Shown piece by piece: positions 57,141 through 64,000 of a DNA stretch of 64,000 nt (position 1 is its first letter; each line of letters begins with the position of its first letter). The DNA comes from Candidatus Thorarchaeota archaeon. Its GTDB lineage: Archaea > Asgardarchaeota > Thorarchaeia > Thorarchaeales > Thorarchaeaceae. A model generated the notes under the pieces. That model was not told where the DNA came from and did no database searches. It worked only from the letters and a program-made list of their open reading frames with translations. The translations under genes were made by a program, and so were the position numbers. The DNA is taken from contig CAVSBO010000003.1 in NCBI GenBank assembly GCA_963726195.1, positions 352,001 to 416,000 on the forward strand, in the 5' to 3' direction.

Positions 57141-58004
57141 ATGGTATCTGTAAGCCCATTCGTTCGTGATGGCAAGTATCTTGTCAGCAAGGTGCATGCA
57201 ACCTCTGATCTCCATGCTTCAGTAAAGAGAGCAGTGGACCTCATTGGAGGCCTCGACAAGGCCATCGCTCCCGGCGACACGGTTACGATCAAGCCGAACC
57301 TAAACACTGGAGATCCCTTTCCCGGCTAGCAGTGACGCCAGACTTCATAGAAGCCTTAGGCCGCAACATTCTGGATGCCGGGGCGGAGAAGCTACAGATT
57401 ATTGACAGACTCAATGGTAACGGCTTCGACAAGGGAGATTGCTAGTAAGACCGGGCTGAGCGAGGTTGCGCAAGGACTTGGGGCCGACCTCATTTTTCTC
57501 GAGGAGCACCCCTACACCAAGGTGAAGATACCGAATGGCAAGTTTCTGAAGGAGACTCGCATCGGCAAGCCATTGCTCGACATCGGTAAGTTGGTACTTG
57601 CTCCTTGTCTGAAGACACACAAATATGCGCGATTTACCGCGAGCATGAAACTGTTCGTGGGCTGGATGAACCGACAGGACAGGATTAAGATGCACATGGG
57701 CCACCTAGAGGAGAAGGTGGTCGAGCTGGCATCATTCTTCCATCCGGTCCTCATTGTCATGGATGCAAGAAAGGTGTTCGTGACGGCAGGCCCGGCCTCG
57801 GGCCGCGTCGAGGAACCAGGAATCATTTTGGCAAGCGGAGACATGGTGTCAATCGACGTCGAGGGCATACGCATTCTTCAAAGCTTCAAGGCAGACAACA
57901 ATCTAAACACGAACGTCTGGGACCTGCCTCAGATAGGGCATGCGAGGGAATTGGGAGTCGGCGCACAAAGCGACGAGGACATAGATGTCATCGAGGAAGA
58001 CTAG
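57141..58004 (+). CDS. DUF362 family protein; probable sequencing frameshifts at 57320-57415
   Basis: Motifs LIGGLDKAIAPGDTVTIKPNLN, PCLKTH..ARFTASMKLFVG, LIVMDA...GP..G and ASGDMVSID. Confidence 0.82.
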
Positions 58005-60007
58005 TCGGTCTTGCTCGCTTTCGGGAACCATATTCTGAACTCTGCCCCCATCTCTTCGCGACCCGGCACCCTATCTAGAATCTCTATCTTGCCGCCGTAT
58101 TTCTCGACGATTTGGTAGGACTGATGTATGCCCATCCCTCCAAACCGTCTGGCAACGTCGAAGAGAATTGCCTTAGAAGAATCCGGAATACCGGGCCCAT
58201 TGTCTGCAATGGAAACTACATAGAACTGACCCTCGTCTTTCAAGCCAACCCAAACATGCTTGTTTGAACTTGGATTGTGCTCGACCGCATTTACCAGCAG
58301 GTTGGAAAGCAGCAGTTCAAGGTAGTCGTCAGCATAAACCCAAGCGCCCTCCACATCGTATGCGGCTTCAAAGACTGCATCTGACGCACGGCCGGATATG
58401 GCTTGGACACATCCTTTGAGAGCGGCATTCAACGGACGCTCTGACAGAGGGATACTCATTAGCTGTTCGGTGGCTCTGACTTCCTCAATCAGTCTGGAGC
58501 ATCTCTGAACAGCGTTCTCTATGACCTCTAGAAGCGATGACTTTCGCTTGTCATCTTGTGCGATACGCAACAGCGCTGCACTGTTAACTACAACTTGCAG
58601 CTGATTCTTCAAGTCATGCCCCATCAAATCAAGATAGAACGAAGCCCTATCCTTCGTGACGTCTGTTGCTCTCTCTACTTTCAGTCGTTCCGTTACGTCA
58701 ACAATCATTGTCTGGATTGCTTGGTTGCCCTCATACTCAATCGGACTTGAGAATGCTTCGACCCAGCAGATCTCTCCATCTTTGCGAACAAGACGATACT
58801 GATACCTAGGAGGCACTGCCGTTCGCGCGAAGAGGTTTTGAAGATGCGTCATCACGACGGGCTGGTCTTCAGGATGAATCAGATCCCATATCTCGATCAT
58901 GTTCATTTTCATTAATTCGTCAACGGAAAACCCCACCATTTGGGCGAACGCCTTGTTGACATACACGAAACCCTCGTCACCTATTATCATCATTCCTTGG
59001 CTTGACTGTTCAGCTAGCGCACGGTATTTTGCCTCTGAAGCAAGCAGGTCGGCGTCTTTCTCCACTCGCTCGGTTATGTCAATCAAGAGAATCTGTGATG
59101 CAGAAGTTCCTTCGAAGTCAGTTGATGTGACAAAGGCCTCTACCCAACGGATGGACCCGCCACGAGCAACCAAACGATAGACATAGTGAGAAGGAACGCC
59201 CTTGCCCGCCTTGCGGTTTGCTGCGTATTGCCGCAGAGTCACTTGATCGTCAGGGTGTACCAGAGACCATGCCTTGCTCGAGGACATCCCAACTATCTCG
59301 CTTGGTGAGTAACCAACCATGTTTGCGAAGGCCCCGTTCACATAGACATACTTGTCATTCTGTACGATGACTAGGCCTTGAGTCAACTCTTCTGCCAAAG
59401 CCCGGTACTTCGCTTCTGACTTCTTCAAGGCATCTTCCATCTTTCGATGCTCAGATATGTCGAACACAACCGCAAACGAGCCTTGTCGTGCACCGCTAGC
59501 ATCGATCAAAGGAGCACCCGACACGAGAGTTGTAGCCTTGTTTCCTGACTTCGTGGTCCATTCGAGCTCATACTGTGACGAAAGACCCCTAGCCCTCTTG
59601 GTGAGCTGTTTGTCCAGAATCTCTCTGTTGCTCTTGTCCAAGAACTCGTGAATGTCTTGGCTCAAGATTTCTTCAGCTTTATATCCCAGCATTTCGCAGA
59701 GGCGTTTGTTCACGTAAACGAACTTGGCGTCAAGATTCACTACGGTGAATCCTTCGTTCATGCTGTCAACGAGAGCGTGATATCGCAGAATCTCTTCCTG
59801 CGCATCTATGCCACGGCTCTTTGGGGTGTTACTTCGACTCTTCATCAGGCTACAAACCTCGGCGCGCACACCGAATCTTTGGTTAACTGCTCTGCCAAGT
59901 CGGTTCATGGTGCGTACGTACTTGTCTGTTGTGTTGATGTCTCCAGCAACCGCAAAGTGCCCCTTGCCCCTGTTTCCACTGGCACTTGATACACCCATAT
60001 CCAGCAT
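58001..60007 (-). CDS. Cytoplasmic sensor histidine kinase with three PAS domains
   Basis: Three PAS/PAC units ending DISE, DITE and DVTE; H-box GHDLKNQL, N-box NLLVNAVEH, G1 DNGPGI. The real start is probably downstream of 60007 (about 59845-59910). Confidence 0.9.
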   Translation of the reverse strand: MLDMGVSSASGNRGKGHFAVAGDINTTDKYVRTMNRLGRAVNQRFGVRAEVCSLMKSRSNTPKSRGIDAQEEILRYHALVDSMNEGFTVVNLDAKFVYVNKRLCEMLGYKAEEILSQDIHEFLDKSNREILDKQLTKRARGLSSQYELEWTTKSGNKATTLVSGAPLIDASGARQGSFAVVFDISEHRKMEDALKKSEAKYRALAEELTQGLVIVQNDKYVYVNGAFANMVGYSPSEIVGMSSSKAWSLVHPDDQVTLRQYAANRKAGKGVPSHYVYRLVARGGSIRWVEAFVTSTDFEGTSASQILLIDITERVEKDADLLASEAKYRALAEQSSQGMMIIGDEGFVYVNKAFAQMVGFSVDELMKMNMIEIWDLIHPEDQPVVMTHLQNLFARTAVPPRYQYRLVRKDGEICWVEAFSSPIEYEGNQAIQTMIVDVTERLKVERATDVTKDRASFYLDLMGHDLKNQLQVVVNSAALLRIAQDDKRKSSLLEVIENAVQRCSRLIEEVRATEQLMSIPLSERPLNAALKGCVQAISGRASDAVFEAAYDVEGAWVYADDYLELLLSNLLVNAVEHNPSSNKHVWVGLKDEGQFYVVSIADNGPGIPDSSKAILFDVARRFGGMGIHQSYQIVEKYGGKIEILDRVPGREEMGAEFRIWFPKASKTD

Positions 60008-60061
60008 CTTATATCGCTGTCGAGCAATCGACCAGTCAAACTAGGAGGAAGAAGAATCTCA

Positions 60062-60631
60062 ATGACTGACGAAGTTAAGGTGCAACAAGGTCCGGACTGG
60101 AAGAGGTTCTTGAGGAAGCACTGGAAGGTAGTCGCCATATTCGCAATAGCAGGCGTTTCGGTACTAATCGGAGCAATCTACGTCTTTCTATGGTTTGTAG
60201 GGCAAGCTCAAACAACTGATCTGGTACCATCAAGCTTGGGCCTCTGGACAATGGGAAACATAGTCATGTTCATTTTGTACGCGGTTTTCTGGGAACTAGT
60301 CTTCATTGGCATTCCAGCAGCCATAGGCGCAGCAGTAGGTTGGCAATGGTGGAGGATGCTGCCGGAAGAAGAGAAGAGAGAATACACTTTCACTGGCAGA
60401 CGTAACAGTTCTGGGAGAGCAGGAGGAGCAATAGGTCCACTGCTTTTCATAGCATTCGCGTTCAAGGTCTATTTTGACGGGAACTGGAGTGTCGCCATTT
60501 CTACATGGACCCTAGACTATGTCGTGAGTTCATTGGTCACCATACTGATCTGGATGGCGATCATATTCGGGATTCCAATGGCGATTGGAGGCCTCTGGTG
60601 GCTACGCCACGAGATGAACAAAGAAACCTAG
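60062..60631 (+). CDS. Hypothetical membrane protein (about 4 TM helices)
   Basis: Hydrophobic segments; AGGAGG RBS upstream. Confidence 0.78.
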   Translation: MTDEVKVQQGPDWKRFLRKHWKVVAIFAIAGVSVLIGAIYVFLWFVGQAQTTDLVPSSLGLWTMGNIVMFILYAVFWELVFIGIPAAIGAAVGWQWWRMLPEEEKREYTFTGRRNSSGRAGGAIGPLLFIAFAFKVYFDGNWSVAISTWTLDYVVSSLVTILIWMAIIFGIPMAIGGLWWLRHEMNKET

Positions 60632-60679
60632 ATTTCGGAGAAGAGCAAAGGTCTTTGCGGTGTGAAATCGCCAGATTGT

Positions 60680-60704
60680 CAGGGGGTTCGAATCCGACCC
60701 CCTG
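60680..60704 (+). terminator. GC-rich hairpin downstream of the membrane-protein gene; possible terminator
   Basis: CAGGGGGT...ACCCCCTG inverted repeat. Confidence 0.35.
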
Positions 60705-60885
60705 CACTCTTGTGAGCAGAATTGAAGGGGGTCAAACAGGGCACTGCATCTTGGTCGTTTGTACGATACATTCTCCTTTTTGCGAAGAAAGAGCAGCAGT
60801 CTAAGTCCAAAACGAACTCTCCCACTCAGTTCCATTATGCAGATAAGCGACCTCGACAATCTAGTACTGTTGGAGGAGTTGGACT

Positions 60886-61791
60886 GTGCCTAGCACTGAC
60901 AGAGACTCTGTGCTCCCGGTAATCAGGATTACTACCCGAATTTCCAAGCCAGTTGCGGAGGTGTGGAATACGTTCCTGGATCCGGTGATTATGCTGCAGT
61001 GGCTAGGCAACGAGGTTACATCCGACATAAGGAAAGGTGGTTTTGTCACATTCCGAGGGAAGAATGCTCCGACAAACTCAGAAATTGGGGACACTTGGAG
61101 CATAACGAAGTTCTCCAAGTATAAGGCCATCCTCTGTAGCTGGAGCATAATAGGTGTAGAGACTCTTTTTGTCCTGACGTTCAGTGAAGTTGCTACTGGA
61201 GCCCAGCTAGAACTCAAGCACGGTGCCATCCCTGTTTCTGCAAGCAGGCTTCACTTACCTGAACACTGGAATGTGCTCATGGCGAACTTCAAGTCAGTCA
61301 CAGAGCTCAGCGAACCCGCTGTGCGTTTCGACTACTCCGACTACCGCCCTCTTAGAATCACGCGCTACGATCCCAAGGAGGTCCGACAGAGCGTGCTGAT
61401 ACGGGCACCGCCCTCTCTGCCCTTCGATGTTTGGACCAATCCCGAAAAGCTGCGCCACTTCGTTAGGGCCCCGGAGGCCAAAGTGGACCCCCAGTATGCA
61501 GGCATCTACACATGGTGGGCAGAAGGTCGAGGTCCAGTGCTCTTGAGGAAGATGGTGCCAGAAAAGGAAATTGAGTTCTCATGGGTATATGAAGACGAGC
61601 CAGAGACCATAGTCAATGTCAGATTCGACCCTGCTCAGGACTACACTGTAGTCAACCTCCATCACCACGGCTTCCGACAGCCAGAAGACGCTGTGGGATA
61701 CGATATTGGTTGGACAAGTATTCTGTGTGAACTCAAACTCGTATGCGAACTGGGCGAATCGGGCATAATGAGATACAGTGACTGGAAGTAG
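60886..61791 (+). CDS. Tandem SRPBCC/AHSA1-like domain protein
   Basis: Two copies of the pattern P..VW.....P.....W...FSW...ET.V...F......T...L.H...W...L..LK...E. GGAG RBS before GTG. Confidence 0.82.
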   Translation: MPSTDRDSVLPVIRITTRISKPVAEVWNTFLDPVIMLQWLGNEVTSDIRKGGFVTFRGKNAPTNSEIGDTWSITKFSKYKAILCSWSIIGVETLFVLTFSEVATGAQLELKHGAIPVSASRLHLPEHWNVLMANFKSVTELSEPAVRFDYSDYRPLRITRYDPKEVRQSVLIRAPPSLPFDVWTNPEKLRHFVRAPEAKVDPQYAGIYTWWAEGRGPVLLRKMVPEKEIEFSWVYEDEPETIVNVRFDPAQDYTVVNLHHHGFRQPEDAVGYDIGWTSILCELKLVCELGESGIMRYSDWK

Positions 61792-61811
61792 AAGCCGCCC
61801 ATCCATCCCAG

Positions 61812-62574
61812 TCACGGCAGCAACAATGGTGTTGCTGGAAAGATCAGAAACCAAGCCAGAAAGGCCGTTACCAAGGGAATCAGAAAATTGTCTGTCCAGC
61901 TGACGCTCGCTGCTTCGACGACAGAAACTGCGAGTGCGATGGCAAGAATCTGCGGAATCACCAAGAGGGGTTGCGTGTCGACAGAGTAGATTGCCATAGC
62001 GACAATTAGCGACATGGCTGAGAAAACGAATACTGCCCGCGCTCCCTTCGACAGACTTTCCCCGAAAGCGTTTCCTGACCATAGAGCCTCCAATAGTCCT
62101 TCCGAATACTTCTCCTGCGGCATCGCCCCAGGAGACCGCAAGAATCGCGGCGACAAATATCTCCGGACGGGAATAGAACACAAAGAATACAACAGCGAAT
62201 GACACGAGCCCCGCGAAGTTAGCAAAGAACGTACCGAATCTGCTCCCTGAGTCCCTAGTGCCGGCTGCCAACAGCTTGGAAATGCTGTCTTTGTTGTAAA
62301 CCCATGAGCAGAGCAAAGCTAAGGCAAAGAGAGCGACCGCGAGGATTGGACCGCTTAGATTGGAGTAAACCACCAATGTGAAACCGATAATGGTTCCCAA
62401 TGTGGCGTGGACCAGCTTTCGAGCAACCCATCGTGACCCGCTGTTTCTTGAAATCAAGTACGCAGTCCCAACCGTGATGCATGCAGCGGCGCCAGTAAAC
62501 CCCGCGAGCACGATGTCTAGTGTTGTGAGCACACCAAGGTAAAGCCCGATCATCTTCTGTGCCTCATTAGCCAA
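61812..62574 (-). CDS. CTP-dependent polyprenol (phytol/dolichol/farnesol) kinase-like membrane protein; probable sequencing frameshift at ~62037
   Basis: Motifs RKLVH, SWGDAAGEVFG, GKSVEGS, VEA and DNFLIP across ORFs 61579-62574 and 61812-62225. Confidence 0.82.
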
Positions 62575-62799
62575 TTAGCAGCATATCTATTTTCCCCGTA
62601 GCACCCACATAGAACCGTTCGATAATATCTGAACTGACCGACCGAAAGCATACCAATCTCGACAAGGTGGCATTTTCAAGCATCACGTGTCAGTGGAAGT
62701 TAATAGGTGGAACCAATTCTACTGGCTCGACCGAACACATATTCAGACTTCGTCAGACAAGTCTTTCTGGAATAACCTGCGAAACGAGGTATTCTCAAC

Positions 62800-64000
62800 A
62801 TGGACCTAGTCGGTGCACTTGTCATCGTCGTCTTCATTGTCACATACACTGCGATAACCACTGAGAAAGTCAACAGGACTGCGATGTCGCTGACTGGTAT
62901 GGCAATTGTCGCTCTGATCCTTTGGGCCTCGGGGGTCACGTTCCAAGCACTCACCGAGCTCATTACATGGACTGCTGTGCTATTCATAACTGGTCAGATG
63001 ATAATCGTCGGCGTATCCCGTGCTTCAGGCATGTACGAGTACCTAGCACTCAAGATTGCATTGCCCAGTGGCGGCAACCCCCCGCGTCTGTTCACTATGT
63101 TGCTAGTCTTTGATTTCTTCATTTCGATGTTTTTCGACACTACATCAACTATGCTCATAATAGGACCGATTACGATCGAGCTGTGCAAGGCCCTAGACCT
63201 TGACATCAAGTCGTTCCTTGTCTCCGAGGCCATCGTTGCAAACTTCGCCTCGATACCTTCGATTGTTGGTGATGTGCCAAACCTAGTAGTGTTCACTGCA
63301 ACGGGTTTCAACCCGGGCTTCCAGTTTGTCGTTCTATTTCCTCTGTCTTTCATTTTGCTGCTCGTGTCTCTGCCCTTGCTGCGCCGCTTCTACCGACACT
63401 CCTTCGCCGCAGGTAACAAAGACACAGCGGAGGAGGTGCTCAAGATAGACCCATCGACCCTCATTCGTTCAAGGCTTGAGTTTTACATGTCGATTGTAGC
63501 CATGATTGCGCTCATACTGGCCTTCACGGTAGGAGTCGCCGCGGGATTAGAGGCGAGCTTGGCGTCCATCACAATCGCCGCAGTCATGCTTCTGGTCACC
63601 AGGCGTGATGTAGACAGGATTCTCAAAGACGTTGGGTGGGGCACTGTCTTCTTCGTAATCGGAATCTTCGGAATTGTCGCTGCATTGGAGTCAACCGGTG
63701 TGCTCTCTGACATGGTTTCATGGGCGGGCGTAGTCATTGGTGGCGGGGGCAAGATTATGTCTACGTTGTTCATGGTATGGTTTCCTGGCCTGTTGTCATC
63801 GGTCATCGACAACGTACCGATAGCTGCTTTGTTGGCCCCTCTAGCTGTCAGTGCAGAACTAGCCGGTCCTATGTCTCCTCTTGCGCTTGTCTTCGGCGTT
63901 AATGTCGGTGCTTTTATTCTTCCAATAGGTTCTCCAGCGAATATAATCGCTCTCGCGCTTTCTGAGGCTGAACACGATCCAATCGGGATGAAGGGCTTCG
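62800..64000 (+). CDS. ArsB/NhaD (SLC13/P-protein-like) ion transporter permease, 3' truncated by the window
   Basis: Hand translation from ATG 62800 (GAGGT upstream): MDLVGALVIVVFIVTYTAITTEKVNRT..., SGMYEYLALK, IVGDVPN, SSVIDNVP, NVGAFILPIGSPANII. Confidence 0.85.
   Translation, partial: MDLVGALVIVVFIVTYTAITTEKVNRTAMSLTGMAIVALILWASGVTFQALTELITWTAVLFITGQMIIVGVSRASGMYEYLALKIALPSGGNPPRLFTMLLVFDFFISMFFDTTSTMLIIGPITIELCKALDLDIKSFLVSEAIVANFASIPSIVGDVPNLVVFTATGFNPGFQFVVLFPLSFILLLVSLPLLRRFYRHSFAAGNKDTAEEVLKIDPSTLIRSRLEFYMSIVAMIALILAFTVGVAAGLEASLASITIAAVMLLVTRRDVDRILKDVGWGTVFFVIGIFGIVAALESTGVLSDMVSWAGVVIGGGGKIMSTLFMVWFPGLLSSVIDNVPIAALLAPLAVSAELAGPMSPLALVFGVNVGAFILPIGSPANIIALALSEAEHDPIGMKGF

Noticed and set aside
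57320-57335. Pyrrolysine read-through at TAG in DUF362 (and at 52861-52863 in paralog C)
   Set aside because: Continuation needs a frame change in both cases; single-base corrections restore FPASSD and RNPIVPMYHD.
60675-60708. tRNA-like GGTTCGAATCC T-loop motif
   Set aside because: No matching acceptor 5' strand, D arm or anticodon arm could be built; it folds better as a simple hairpin. tRNAscan-SE or ARAGORN would settle it.

Overview
Gene-dense archaeal window of roughly average GC. By inference it is Asgard, most likely Thorarchaeia-like, based on an archaeal-type TyrRS C-terminus, an arrestin-fold protein and giant type-I membrane proteins with long helical cytoplasmic tails. Two cell-surface loci dominate. 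(1) 266-16692: two translationally coupled, colinear paralogous giant type-I membrane proteins (~2590 aa and ~2880 aa). They share a ~190-aa cytoplasmic domain, and only one carries an NHL beta-propeller inserted in its head. (2) ~41990-56911: a tandem array of four readable paralogous CBM-like/Ig-like anchored glycoproteins with short or long stalks. Three transcription units end in a conserved ~55-bp hairpin element, and a probable fifth copy is buried in a corrupted A/G-rich stretch (41800-44720). The rest is mostly metabolic or transport: MgtA, an anchored metzincin, a FAD/Fe-S oxidoreductase trio, TPR, M20 peptidase, SDR, an arrestin-like protein, a linalool-dehydratase-like protein with an ECF S-like partner, a tandem PH-like protein, an ABC-2 exporter, two EamA, HtrA, DUF362, a PAS histidine kinase, SRPBCC, a phytol/dolichol kinase and an ArsB/NhaD-type permease. 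Roughly twenty single-base indels split genes and look like long-read sequencing error. No rRNA, convincing tRNA, CRISPR or mobile element was found.
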